Below are positions 1-10,227 of a stretch of 64,000 nt of DNA, piece after piece. The position numbers and the translations under genes were made by a program. Origin of the DNA: an uncultured Myxococcales bacterium (GTDB lineage Bacteria > Myxococcota_A > UBA9042 > DTJE01); assembly GCA_903857665.1 (NCBI GenBank), contig CAIOFV010000084.1:16294-80293 (forward strand), in the 5' to 3' direction. The stretch's first letter is position 1, and every line of letters begins with the position of its first letter. The notes under the pieces are model-generated. The model searched no databases, was not told where the DNA came from, and worked only from the letters and a program-made list of their open reading frames with translations.

Positions 1-720
1 CTGTCGCGACTTCAGGTCGGCCGGGTCGGCCTTGTCGGCCGCGACCACGCGGAAGCCGCCCGCGCCCAGGCCCACGTCCTGGCCCAGCACCACCGCCAGC
101 GCGCCGACAAGGTCCATTTCCGCAGCCGTGGGGGCCGTCGGGACTACGATGACCGCGTGGATCTTTTCCTTGTCCTTCGTGTACAGCAGATCGGGATTCG
201 CGTAGTCCGACGGGAACTTCGCGAGGTCCGGGACGACTTCCTTTTCGACGTACGGGACCTGCAGGCGGGACTCCTTTTCCAGCAGCGTCCACAGCGCCGG
301 GTTGTGCACGTCGTCGCACAGGTCCTTGAGGTCCGACCGCATCTTGACGACCAGCGTCAGCACGTTCATGCCGCCCTTCAGCAGCCGCCCCGGGATCTGC
401 ACCACCAGCTGGGCATTCCGCAGGTTGCCGTTGTCCAGATAGATGCTTTCGATCGGGCTGCCGTTCACCTGGACGCTCAGCGTCGACAACTGGCGCACCA
501 GGATCGGGGTGTGCGAAAAGCGCAGGTCCAGCGTGGCCGCTTCCGGGAACTCCCAGTCCTCCGAAAGCTCGAACCAGAACTCCTTGGTGACATAGACGCC
601 CTTCACCGTCGAGTTCGCGCCGGACATGAAGTCGATGGTCACGCCTCGGGCGAAGGCGGGGAGCGCCCCGAGGAGGGTCATCGCAAACATCGCGGAAACC
701 AGCATGCGACGGAACTTCAT
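1..720 (-). CDS. BcsB-like cellulose/exopolysaccharide synthase regulatory subunit (runs off the left edge of the window)
   Basis: Not in the ORF track because it has no stop in the window. I translated it from the ATG at 720: MKFRRMLVSAMFAMTLLGALPAFARG (signal peptide)...ATLDLRFSHTPILVRQLSTLSVQVNGSPI...LLKGGMNVLTL...DLCDDVHNPALWTLL...PDLAKFP. This resembles BcsB N-terminal domains. GGGGGTGA lies just upstream of the start. Confidence 0.65.
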   Translation of the reverse strand, partial: MKFRRMLVSAMFAMTLLGALPAFARGVTIDFMSGANSTVKGVYVTKEFWFELSEDWEFPEAATLDLRFSHTPILVRQLSTLSVQVNGSPIESIYLDNGNLRNAQLVVQIPGRLLKGGMNVLTLVVKMRSDLKDLCDDVHNPALWTLLEKESRLQVPYVEKEVVPDLAKFPSDYANPDLLYTKDKEKIHAVIVVPTAPTAAEMDLVGALAVVLGQDVGLGAGGFRVVAADKADPADLKSRQ

Positions 721-937
721 GAGTCACCCCCTGATCGGTCTGGCCGCAGCCTGCTGGGAGGGGAGACGGCCGACACAGGCTCGTCCTTCCCCGCGCACCC
801 ATCTGGGCTGCCAGCGTTCAAAACACCGTGGGCGGATTATAGACGCGCCCGCACCCGAGGTAAAGCCAGAAAAACAACAGGATTTCCATGAGGTTCCTGT
901 CGAACTGCCCAGGGTGGGGAAAATGGAGGGGCCGGAG

Positions 938-1990
938 TCATGCGCGGTTCGGGAACCGGCGCCGCAGCAACGGAAGAAGGGCGACAAAGAGCAGGAGGGA
1001 CATTTCGATCGGGGCGCCCGCGCCTGGCGAGGCATGGCAGGCGTTGCCGCCGCCGGAGGGCGTGGCCGCGACATTCTCGTTCGCGCCCGTCTGGGTGCCG
1101 GTGCCGGGCGTCGATGGAGGCGTCGTGGCGTCCGTCCCCTTGGTGGTCGAGGTCGCATCGCCGTCCACGACGGGCGTGCCCGAGTCCCACTGCGACGAGC
1201 CGCCGCTGAACCCGATCGCCGCCCAGCCCTTCGGCAGGCAGACCTGCTCGGTGGTCGCGGGCGGGCAGTCGCAGGTGCCGCACTGGCAATCCGTCGAATC
1301 CGCCGGGCACGCGCACATCGGGCAGGCGCAGATGCCGCCGGTCGATCGCTCGATGCACTCGAAGCCGGCGGCGCAGTCCGCGTCGGCGGTGCAGGTCGAT
1401 TCCTTCGGTTGGCACCAGGAACCCGAGGTCTGGCAGGTCGGTTCCGTGATGTCGGGACAGTCGCAGGGCGGGCAGTCGGTATCGGGAGCGCAGGCCGCGC
1501 AGGCGCACCCCGTTCCGACGCAGGTTTCCTCGGCCTTGCAGGCCCAGCCGTCCTTGCAGTCGCCGTCAGCCGTGCACGCGGCCGGGTGGTACTGGCAGGC
1601 CTGGGACGTGGTGGGCGTGCAGGACTGCTGTACATCGCAGACCGGGCACTCGCAGGCCGGGCACTCGCCTTCGGCCGGGCAGGCGCACGTACAGGGGGTG
1701 CAGGCGCTGATCGCACAGGGGACCTCGACCGAATCGCACGTGAACCCGGTCGGGCAATCCGAGTCCGCGGTGCAGGAGCCGTCCCACGCCGCGGCGCCGC
1801 AGAACGACTGGTTGCTGCAGTCGGGCACCTTCGGGCAATCCGTCTCCGGCGGACAGGCGGGCGTGCTGCAGGGACTGGGAATGCAGATCTGCCCCTTGCC
1901 GCAGTCGGTGTCCGAGGCGCACGGCACGTCGGCGCCCCGCGCCGGGACGGCCAGGAACATCAGGGTCAGCAACGTCAGCGTGAACTTCAT
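938..1990 (-). CDS. Secreted Cys-rich repeat protein with a MYXO-CTERM-like C-terminal anchor
   Basis: Signal peptide MKFTLTLLTLMFLAVPARGAD. Repeated CxxDxDC and CxCxxC blocks, then a Thr/Gly linker. Ends GGGNACHAS...LLLFVALLPLLRRR. GGAGG RBS before the ATG at 1990. Confidence 0.8.
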   Translation of the reverse strand: MKFTLTLLTLMFLAVPARGADVPCASDTDCGKGQICIPSPCSTPACPPETDCPKVPDCSNQSFCGAAAWDGSCTADSDCPTGFTCDSVEVPCAISACTPCTCACPAEGECPACECPVCDVQQSCTPTTSQACQYHPAACTADGDCKDGWACKAEETCVGTGCACAACAPDTDCPPCDCPDITEPTCQTSGSWCQPKESTCTADADCAAGFECIERSTGGICACPMCACPADSTDCQCGTCDCPPATTEQVCLPKGWAAIGFSGGSSQWDSGTPVVDGDATSTTKGTDATTPPSTPGTGTQTGANENVAATPSGGGNACHASPGAGAPIEMSLLLFVALLPLLRRRFPNRA

Positions 1991-2087
1991 GGGGGCCTCC
2001 TCCCGCCGGTGCCGGGCTTGTCGTCCAGAAGAATTGTACGCGCTTCCGGCCGCAAAGGCCACGGCCGGCCCGGGAAGCGGCGGCGGA

Positions 2088-3257
2088 TCAGAACGTGAAG
2101 GAGACGCGGCTGAGGACGTTGTACTTCGACAGCTGCCCGATGGGCACGCCGCCGATCACCGTGGTGTCGGGCCGAGCCGCCGTCCAGACCGGCGCCTCGA
2201 CGGCCAGGGCCAGCCGGAAGAAGGCGATCTTGAACTGGAGGCCGCCGGTGAAATACAGGGCGTTGAAGGCCGTCGCGTGGGCCAGCGGGACCAGGCCGTT
2301 CAACTCGGCCAGCACGTTCAGGAAGAACGCCGGGAAGAGGACCATGCCGAGGCCGTACTTGAACACGTGCACCGAGTCCACGGGCGGGTGATCCCTGACG
2401 CCGACCTGGGCGATGTACTCCGCGTGGAGCATCAGCAGGATCCACTGGTCGGCGTCCAGCCCCAGCACGAGGTAGGGGGCCAGTCCCAGGTACTGGTGCA
2501 TGGTCTTGGGCGCCTGGAACAGGTCCGCCCGCGCCGACTCGTCGGCGGTCCGGGTGCCCGTGGGCAGGTATCCGGTCAGTCCGCCCGTGAGCCCGTAGGA
2601 CACCTTGTCCTTCGTCCAGATCCCGCCGGACCGGATGTCCAGCGTGACGTTGCCCATGCTGGCATCGGTGCCGCCGTTGTGGATGCGCAGGTTGAAGGGG
2701 AACGACGCACCGACCTGGACATACTTCGTGTTCACCGTGACGAACGGCTCCATCAACAGGTTCACGGAATTCTGGGCATTCGCAGCGATGCGGGCGGCGT
2801 TCACGGCGTCCTGGCGCTGCTGGGGCGTCGCCTGGGACGCATAGCCGATCACTTGCTGGCGGACGTAGGGGTCCGTCACGCCCGCGGCCTGCAACTGGGC
2901 GTCCAGCTGCTGGGGGCTCGACGCAGCCAGGGCCTGCAACTGGTTCCACGTGGCGTCGGGGATCTGCTTCAGCTGGTTCATTGCCGCGTTGACGGTCGCG
3001 GCGCAATTGGCCTGGCCAGCCAGTTCGCACTTCTGGACCGCCTTGTTCTTGAGGTCGTCCTTCAGGTAGCCGAGCACGGCGGACATCGGGGAGGTGCCGA
3101 CGTCCAGTCCGAACTGGACCGTCTGGCTTTCCGCCGCCGGCTTGATGCCGCGGCCGGTGAGGAGCTCGGCCCCGGCAAAGGGCTTCGGCTTCCCCAGGAC
3201 GGGGGAGGATGCGGCCAGGGCGATCGCGAGGGCCGGTGCCAGCAGGCAAAAGCGCAT
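2088..3257 (-). CDS. Exported protein with a helical Gln/Ala-rich N-domain and a probable C-terminal outer-membrane beta-barrel
   Basis: Signal peptide, amphipathic beta-strand pattern in the C-terminal half, and terminal SRVSFTF (aromatic last residue typical of BAM substrates). Confidence 0.65.
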   Translation of the reverse strand: MRFCLLAPALAIALAASSPVLGKPKPFAGAELLTGRGIKPAAESQTVQFGLDVGTSPMSAVLGYLKDDLKNKAVQKCELAGQANCAATVNAAMNQLKQIPDATWNQLQALAASSPQQLDAQLQAAGVTDPYVRQQVIGYASQATPQQRQDAVNAARIAANAQNSVNLLMEPFVTVNTKYVQVGASFPFNLRIHNGGTDASMGNVTLDIRSGGIWTKDKVSYGLTGGLTGYLPTGTRTADESARADLFQAPKTMHQYLGLAPYLVLGLDADQWILLMLHAEYIAQVGVRDHPPVDSVHVFKYGLGMVLFPAFFLNVLAELNGLVPLAHATAFNALYFTGGLQFKIAFFRLALAVEAPVWTAARPDTTVIGGVPIGQLSKYNVLSRVSFTF

Positions 3258-3336
3258 CGAGCACCTTTCGTCGGGCGAGCCCGGTAAGGGACGATTCTAG
3301 TGAATTCGCGCCCCGCATGGAAAGCCGGGGACGGGA

Positions 3337-5975
3337 TCAACGCGCCCTGTGGGGGGGAGGAGGCGCGGACCGGGCGGGGTCGTCGGGCCAGGAGTGGCGG
3401 GGGTAGCGACGCCTCAGCTCGCGGGCCAGCGACGGGTAGTGCCGTTCCCAGAACCCGGCCAGATCGGTCGTCACCTGCACGTCGCGGCCCCCGGGCGACA
3501 GGAGGTGGAGAACAACCGGCAGGGCGCCGTCCATCACCGCGGGCCCCCGGGCCAGGCCGAAGAAGTCCTGCAGGCGCGACGCGGCGCTGGGCGGCTCGCC
3601 CGCGGGATAGTCGATCCGGAGGGTCCGCCCTCCGGCCAGCCGGAACGTCGCCGGCGCCAGGGCGTCCAGAGCGCGACGCGGCCCCGTGCCCAGGCGGGCC
3701 GACAGGGCCTCCTGCACGCCACGACGGCGGACGTCGGCCAGCGATCGGCAGCCGCGGCAGGCATCCCGCCGCACGGCATCGAGGTCGTCGTCGTCGAATG
3801 CCGGCAGGCCCAGGTCGGGACGGCGGCCTCGCAGGAAGGCCACGCGGGCCAGGAAACCGGCAGGATCCTCCCGTTCCGCGGCCAGCGAGGCGATGGGCCG
3901 ATCCCGGAGCCCCGCGGCCAGCGCGTCTGCGACCGATGCCGGGTCGCCCTGGAACGGGCGCTCCTCCAGCACCAGGCAGTCGTAGACCAGGCGCCGTACG
4001 GATTCCACCCGGTCGGCCCCCGGCAGGAACCGCACCTCGATGGTTTCGCGAACCTCGTCGAACCGGCCCTCCAGCAGATCGTCGTCGTCCAGGGGGCGGG
4101 CGGACCGCACCCGGAGGACCTGGCCGCGCGCGCCGGCCCGCTCGGTGGCGTCCGCGGCGATCACCAGGCGCCCTTCGGGGAGCAGCGCGTCGGCGGGAAG
4201 ATCGGCGGTCCCCCCGGACGACAGGGCCAGTTCCAGGGCCCCCGCCCGTGCCAGCCCGGGAAGGATCGATCGACGCACGCGGCCCACGCGATCCGGAAAC
4301 CCGGCCAGCAGGGACAGGGTCAGCACGCGGCCCAGATCGCCCGGCCCGGCGCCCGATCCGCCCTGGACGACGGCCGCCGGGCACAGCCCTGCCCTGCGCG
4401 CCTGGGCCTCCATGTGCACAGCCGCCCGGCGGACCACGGACACCGCCGCAGGGTCGAGGTCCGCATGCCGGCCGCCGGCGCCCAGCCCCGCCACCGTTTC
4501 GACGGGATCGAGGAAGCCGTCCGGAAGGTCCGACACGGGCGCCGCCCCGGAGCCGGGCCCTGGCATTGCGTGCCCCATCAGCAGGCGCCGCGACCCCGTC
4601 GAGCGACGCACGTCCCGCTCGGCCAGCACCGCCGCCAGCAGGCACCTTCCGGGAGGCGCCCGCGGGCGGCGGCCTCGGCGACCAGGCGCCCCAGGCGCGG
4701 GTGGGCAGGCAGCCGGGCCACCTGCACGCCCAGGTCGGTCACACGACCGTCGGAACCCGCCAGCCCAAGCCGCTGCAGCAGCCCCTCGGCGGCCTCCAGG
4801 GCGGCTCGCGGAGGCGGGTCCAGCCATGGCACGCCGGTCGCGGGTTCGATCCCAGCGGCATGCAGAAGCAGCACGGCATCGGCGAGATCCGCCCGGGCGA
4901 TTTCGGGCGCGTCGGCGTCGGGCCGCCCGTCGTACTCCGATCGCGTGAACAGCCGCACGCAGCACCCGGGACGCACCCGCCCGGCGCGACCCGCCCTCTG
5001 CTCGGCGGACGCCTTCGACACCGGCTGGACACGCAGGGACGGCATGCCCGACCAGGGGCTGTGGACCAGGCGACGCGCCAGCCCGCTGTCCACCACCGCC
5101 GTCACGCCTTCCACCGTGATGGAGGTTTCGGCGACGTTGGTGGCCAGGATCACCTTGGGACGATCGCCCGGCAGCACCGCCCGATCCTGCTCCTCGGGCG
5201 GCAGGTCGCCGTGCAGCGGCAGGACCAGGCGCCCGCTCCGCCTCGCCAGGTCGGCGCACGCCTCCCGGGCCCGCCGGATCTCGGCGGCCCCGGGCAGGAA
5301 CACCAGGATGTCGCCGTGGTTCGCCGCGACCAGGCGCTCGACCGATTCGGCGACCCGCGCCTCCAGGGGCCTCGCGTCCGGACGCGCAGCGTATTCGACC
5401 GCCACGTCGAACCGCCGCCCTTCGGCCCGCACCGCCGTGGCATCCAGCGTCGCCGCCAGGCCCTCGGCGTCCAGGGTCGCGGACATGATCACCAGCAGAA
5501 GGTCCGGCCGGGGTCCCGCCCGCAGCCGCCGCAACAGCGCCAGGGCCAGGTCCGCGTCCAGGCTGCGTTCGTGGAACTCGTCCAGCACGACCGCGCCGAC
5601 CCCCGCCAGCGTCGGGTCGGCCAGCAGCCTCCGCACCAGCACGCCTTCCGTGACGTACCACAGGCGCGTGGACGAGCCGCCCACCTCCTCGAAGCGCACC
5701 TTCCACCCGACCGTGCCGCCCGGCGCCTCCCCGCGCTCGGCCGCCACGCGCCGGGCCGCCATGCGGGCCGCCAGCCGCCGCGGCTGCACGACGATGACCT
5801 CGCCTTGGCCGCACAGGCCCGCATCCAGGATCGCCGGGGGGACCCGCGTGGTCTTGCCCGACCCGGGCGGCGCGGCCAGCACCAGAACGGGGCGCCGCCG
5901 CAAGGCCTCGATCACGCCGGGCAGGACATCGTCCACCGGCAGAGGCACGCGTCCGAAGGCCCCCGTCCCCGTCAT
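3337..5975 (-). CDS. hrpB: ATP-dependent RNA helicase HrpB, split by a single frameshift near 4646
   Basis: N-part (ORF 4578-5975) has [36 protein letters not shown] and QRAGRAGR. C-part (frame ending 3337) has [26 protein letters not shown] and [10 protein letters not shown], the HrpB C-terminal signature. Confidence 0.9.
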
Positions 5976-6037
5976 CTGCTCCCCATTCCCGTCCCGGGCG
6001 GCCTATCATACCCGGGTCGCCTGTCTGGGGAAGTTCG

Positions 6038-6463
6038 ATGGATTCGCCGCATCATTGGCTGATGAAGACCGAGCCGGGGACGTTCGCCTGGAGCGACCTG
6101 GTCCACCGGGGCACCGACCCCTGGGACGGCGTGCGCAACGCCCAGGCCCGCAACCACATCCGGGCGATGGCCGTGGGCGACCTGGCGCTGATCTACCACT
6201 CGGGCGACCAGCGCCGGATCGTCGGTGTGGCCCGCGTCGCGTCCATCCCGTACCCCGATCCGACCAGCGACGACCCGCGGTGGGTGGTCGTAGACGTCGA
6301 GCCGCTTCAGGCGCTTCCGCGACCGGTGACGCTGGCCGACGTCAAGGCCGATCCCGTCCTGTCCACGCTGGCGATCGTGCGCCAGCCCCGCCTGTCCGTG
6401 GCCCCGGTCACCTCGGAACAGTTCGAGCGCGTACTGGAAATCGGCGGGATCGACGAGGGGTGA
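6038..6463 (+). CDS. EVE domain protein
   Basis: WLMKTEP...WDGVRNAQARNHIRAM...GDLALIYHS...RQPRLSVAPV. Confidence 0.9.
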   Translation: MDSPHHWLMKTEPGTFAWSDLVHRGTDPWDGVRNAQARNHIRAMAVGDLALIYHSGDQRRIVGVARVASIPYPDPTSDDPRWVVVDVEPLQALPRPVTLADVKADPVLSTLAIVRQPRLSVAPVTSEQFERVLEIGGIDEG

Positions 6464-6505
6464 GGGAGCGCGGGACGGGGCCATCCACAGGCGGCGCCGA
6501 AGGAA

Positions 6506-7393
6506 TCACGGCCCGCGAACGCACTTGACCGCTGCGCTCTGCATGCCGGACATCGTCGGCGGGACGTTGATGGCTGCGTCGAAGAACGTCAGGTACCACG
6601 AGCGCTTGTCGCCGGCCACGGTCGCCTGGACCTGCGTGCCCGACCAGTACAGGTTGCAGTACCAGTCGAACGTGTTGTCCATGTAGCACTTCTTGGTCGC
6701 GTCGCCGATCTTCGGCACGGGCCCCAGGTTCATGCCGCACCCGTCGCAGTCGGACGTGCGGGCGGCCTCGTTGGTCGTGGTGCCGACGATCGGGCAGGAA
6801 CCGCCGGTGCCCGTCTTCGCGTCGCATCCGATGACCAGTTCCCGCAGCTCGACGATGCTGGGCAGGTGCCAGCCCGTGTATCCGCCCATTTGCTGCTTGT
6901 CCAGGTCGGTGCAGTACTTCTGGGCGTCGGTCAGCAGCGACGTGAATCCCTCGCTCTTCATCCAGGTCCGGCCGGAATGGGTGTCCAGCATGGTGCCGTC
7001 GCAGTTGTCCCGCAGCCCGTACGCGCTGACCGGGTACTCGCACGGCGGGCCCGGATCCACCGGCCCCTCGTCGGCGGGGCCGGGGTCGATCGGTACGACG
7101 TTGTCCTGCGTGCCCGGATCCACCGGTGTCGAGTCCTTGCCCGGATCGGTGGGAGTGCCCGGATCGGTCGGGGTGCCGGGGTCGTTCGCCGGTCCCGGAT
7201 CCTGCCCGTCCGGCAGCGGGTTGCCGTCGTCGGTCACCTGGGGAACGTCGCTGTAGTGGATGTCGATCGGGTTGACCACATCGACCACGATCAGGCCCTC
7301 GTCGGTCCCCCCCGAGGACGACCCGCACGCGACGCATGCCGCGACGAAAAGGCCCCCCAGCATGCAGACAAGCGTCCTGCGCATCGTGCTCAC
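6506..7393 (-). CDS. Lipoprotein with a DPG-rich linker and a C-terminal DUF1566/Lcl (C-type-lectin-fold) domain
   Basis: Lipobox-like CVAC, DPGTPT repeats, then DTHSGRTW...AQKYC...GGYTGWHLPSIVEL...YWSGT...W..F...VKCVRG. The start could instead be the ATG at 7384. Confidence 0.8.
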   Translation of the reverse strand: MSTMRRTLVCMLGGLFVAACVACGSSSGGTDEGLIVVDVVNPIDIHYSDVPQVTDDGNPLPDGQDPGPANDPGTPTDPGTPTDPGKDSTPVDPGTQDNVVPIDPGPADEGPVDPGPPCEYPVSAYGLRDNCDGTMLDTHSGRTWMKSEGFTSLLTDAQKYCTDLDKQQMGGYTGWHLPSIVELRELVIGCDAKTGTGGSCPIVGTTTNEAARTSDCDGCGMNLGPVPKIGDATKKCYMDNTFDWYCNLYWSGTQVQATVAGDKRSWYLTFFDAAINVPPTMSGMQSAAVKCVRGP

Positions 7394-7447
7394 CTCCAGA
7401 CGGGCAGAGGATACGGCGTCCGCCGCGAAAAATCGACAGGAAGAGGG

Positions 7448-9112
7448 TCACGCACGAATCCGGAACTCCTTCCACGCGTGGTGGTTCAGTTCGTCGCGGA
7501 AACGCGGGTCGGCCACGGAAATCAGGTTCCGGACGAACCGGTGCTGGTCCACGCCGGACATCTGCGCGACGCCGTGCTCGGTCACCAGGAAGAACCGGGC
7601 GCCCTCGCGACCGCCCATGATGTCGGGCCCGATGTACGAAATCGGCGTGCCCTTGGGCTGGAACGGGAAGATCGACGAACGCACCTTGCCTTCGGGTGTC
7701 GTATGCGTGGACTTCATGCAGAAGTACGCGATGCCGCCTCGCGACAGGCCGCGGTTGATGGTCGCGCCGCCGCCGACGCCGCTGATGTTGTTGCTGTCGC
7801 GGCCGCTGGCGTTGATGTGCCCCTGGAAATCGATCGACAGGCAGTTGTTGATTCCCATGCCGTAGTTGAAGGCCTCGGGAATGACCACCCGGGACGCCGC
7901 CGCGATGATGACCGCGGGATTGTTGTCGAGCCTCTTGTAGAAGTCGCTTCCCTCGGTGCAGAGCGTGAACGTGGCGACCAGCTTGCCGTCCAGCACGGTC
8001 CGGCGGCCGTCCTTCTCGATGAAGTGGGTGCCTGCGATCTTGCCGGCATCGAACAGGTCGAGCGTGTAAGGCTCGAGCATCTCGGTGTAGCAGCGCCCGG
8101 TCCACGACGACGCCTTGAGATCCCGGATGCACAGCACGCCCGTCCCGCCGAAGCCCACCTGGATCGCCCGCCCCTGTGTGAAGCGCAGGTTCTGCTCGAT
8201 GTGGTTCACCGTGTTCTCGGCGATGGTCACCTCGGACTTCGCCGGGTTGTCGAAGGAGTTGCCGGGCAGGCACGGCAGGCGGCCGTCGTTGTCCTCGACC
8301 ACGAACAGTTTCCCGGCCCGGGCCAGGCCCTCGAACTGGCTGACGTGGATCGTGTTGGACGCCCACTCCTCGCTGTAGCCGCGCGTGAAGGGGTACTTCG
8401 GGTTGAGGTACAGCAGGATGTTGATGGTCTTCAGGCGCACGGCCTTTTCCAGGATCTCGCCGTTCGCGCCGTTCGCCAGGCCGTGGGACAGTTCGCCCTT
8501 TTCGTTCGGGGGCGTCATCACCATCACGAACGTATCGACCTGCGGATTGTCGTCCGGGTCGAATCCCATGCTGTCCACCGCGTCGGGGAAGTGGATGGAC
8601 TGCATGCGGGTGATGCCCATGCGAGTGGTGTTGCGGCCGACGTAGTCGGGGTACAGCGCGCGGGTCAGGAAGTTCGAGGGGATGACGGCGTTGGTGGCCG
8701 GCCCGATGAAGGCCGACGTGAACGTGATGCGCCGGCGATTCAGTTCCTCGTAGTGCCCGATCAGCCGCTTGAGGCCTTCCAGCTTCTTCGTGACCGCGTT
8801 GACCTTCCGCGCGAACCGGCCCATCGCCGAGTCGGCGGTCGAGCTGGCCGCCAGGTCCGCCAGCGCGCCCTTGCTCTTCAGCGCGGTGCCGAGGCACAGT
8901 TCGTACGGAGCCATGAACAGGGCCTGGCGGATGTCCAGCCCCGTGATGTCCTCGCGCACGATGTGGTTCCACAACGAGTCGTAGAAGGTCGAGGGTTCGG
9001 ACGTGGCGAAGCCCGAGGCCACGGTCATGCCCGAACGGACGGCGCGACGAAGGGCCTCGTCGTTCGGCAGGATGCTGTCGGCGAAGAACGCGGGAACGTT
9101 CGGATACGGCAT
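7448..9112 (-). CDS. Acetyl-CoA hydrolase/CoA-transferase family protein
   Basis: SGFATSEP, AIQVGFGG, YTEM, INNCLSIDFQGHIN, ISGVGGG and LVTEHGVA. AGGGGG RBS before the ATG at 9112. Confidence 0.85.
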   Translation of the reverse strand: MPYPNVPAFFADSILPNDEALRRAVRSGMTVASGFATSEPSTFYDSLWNHIVREDITGLDIRQALFMAPYELCLGTALKSKGALADLAASSTADSAMGRFARKVNAVTKKLEGLKRLIGHYEELNRRRITFTSAFIGPATNAVIPSNFLTRALYPDYVGRNTTRMGITRMQSIHFPDAVDSMGFDPDDNPQVDTFVMVMTPPNEKGELSHGLANGANGEILEKAVRLKTINILLYLNPKYPFTRGYSEEWASNTIHVSQFEGLARAGKLFVVEDNDGRLPCLPGNSFDNPAKSEVTIAENTVNHIEQNLRFTQGRAIQVGFGGTGVLCIRDLKASSWTGRCYTEMLEPYTLDLFDAGKIAGTHFIEKDGRRTVLDGKLVATFTLCTEGSDFYKRLDNNPAVIIAAASRVVIPEAFNYGMGINNCLSIDFQGHINASGRDSNNISGVGGGATINRGLSRGGIAYFCMKSTHTTPEGKVRSSIFPFQPKGTPISYIGPDIMGGREGARFFLVTEHGVAQMSGVDQHRFVRNLISVADPRFRDELNHHAWKEFRIRA

Positions 9113-9279
9113 CGAGACCCCCCTGATTGAAGTGCGTCGTACCTCCGGGGCGCAGGCCACCGATACGGACCCTACGCGGGTCCGAAAACTACCACTTCGA
9201 CGATTGTCGAGGCAAGTCGTGCTTTTCAGGGATGTTCTTCATCCGATTTCCAATCGCTGACGACGGGCACCGACCGCCC

Positions 9280-10155
9280 TCATCCGACGCCGGCAGGGCC
9301 GCACCAGCACAGGCCCAGGGGTCCCAGCATGCACTGGCCCCGCGCGCCGCCCAGCAGTTCGCACTTGTCCGGCGTGCACTGGGGATTCACGGCGTCGCTG
9401 CAAAGATCCTCGGAGGCAGCAACGCAGCCGCACCCGCCCCCGGCGACCGGACGACAACGCCCCTGCCCCTTCAGCCCCAGGTCGCACACGTTGGACCAGC
9501 ACTGGGGGTTTTCTGCGGTCCCGCAGGGGTCCGCGGCCGTCTTGCAGCCGCACGTCAGCGCAAGTGCGTCCCCCTGGCAGGCGCCCAGGACACCGGGCTT
9601 CAGCCAGCACTGCAGGGGCGTGCATGTCGTCACCGGCTTGAGCAACCCGCACACGTTGATCTTCGTGCACGTGCACACCTCGGCGGTCGCGCCCGCCTGG
9701 CACAGCCCGAAGGCGCCGCCGGCAAGCGTGCACTGGCGGTTGACGCACTGGGGGTTGAGGCCGAACCCGCACGGATCGGCCGTTCCCCTGCAGATGCAGC
9801 CCGCGCCGGCCGGGTCCATCACGCACGCGTCATCGACGGTCGAGGGGTCGCCGTCGTCGCAGGCGGCCGCGCTGCAGTTCGGGTTTTGCGCCGTGCCGCA
9901 GGGCTCGGCCGGGGGCACGTCATCGACCGGCGCGTCGATGGCGGGCGCGTCGTCAACGGGCAGGTCGATGGCAGGCACGTCGGTGCGGGGCAGGTCCGTC
10001 GCAGGCCCGTCCGTGCCCGGATCCACCGCGACGTCCGCCGGGACGTCGGCCAGGGCGCTCAGGTCCACGGAGGCGACGTTCACCTTGCACCCGGCCAGCG
10101 CCCATAGGACGAGCCCTGCCGCCAGAGCGGTCGTTCGGAAGCCCGAGCGAGCCAT
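9280..10155 (-). CDS. Cys-rich lipoprotein with four (D/E)xCxxxxNPxC repeats
   Basis: Lipobox LAGC and an acidic Asp/Pro linker. Repeats EPCGTAQNPNC, DPCGFGLNPQC, DPCGTAENPQC and DLCSDAVNPQC. Confidence 0.75.
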   Translation of the reverse strand: MARSGFRTTALAAGLVLWALAGCKVNVASVDLSALADVPADVAVDPGTDGPATDLPRTDVPAIDLPVDDAPAIDAPVDDVPPAEPCGTAQNPNCSAAACDDGDPSTVDDACVMDPAGAGCICRGTADPCGFGLNPQCVNRQCTLAGGAFGLCQAGATAEVCTCTKINVCGLLKPVTTCTPLQCWLKPGVLGACQGDALALTCGCKTAADPCGTAENPQCWSNVCDLGLKGQGRCRPVAGGGCGCVAASEDLCSDAVNPQCTPDKCELLGGARGQCMLGPLGLCWCGPAGVG

Positions 10156-10227
10156 GCCATCCCCCGTTTCGCCTTGACGGGAAGAATCATACTCCCGCGG
10201 AGGGAGAACAGGGAGGCCGGTGGATTG

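Noticed and set aside
721..937. c-di-GMP riboswitch upstream of the BcsB-like gene
   Set aside because: I could not find class I or class II consensus elements by eye.
4630..4660. Programmed ribosomal frameshift in hrpB
   Set aside because: There is no canonical slippery heptamer and I know of no precedent; a single indel explains it.
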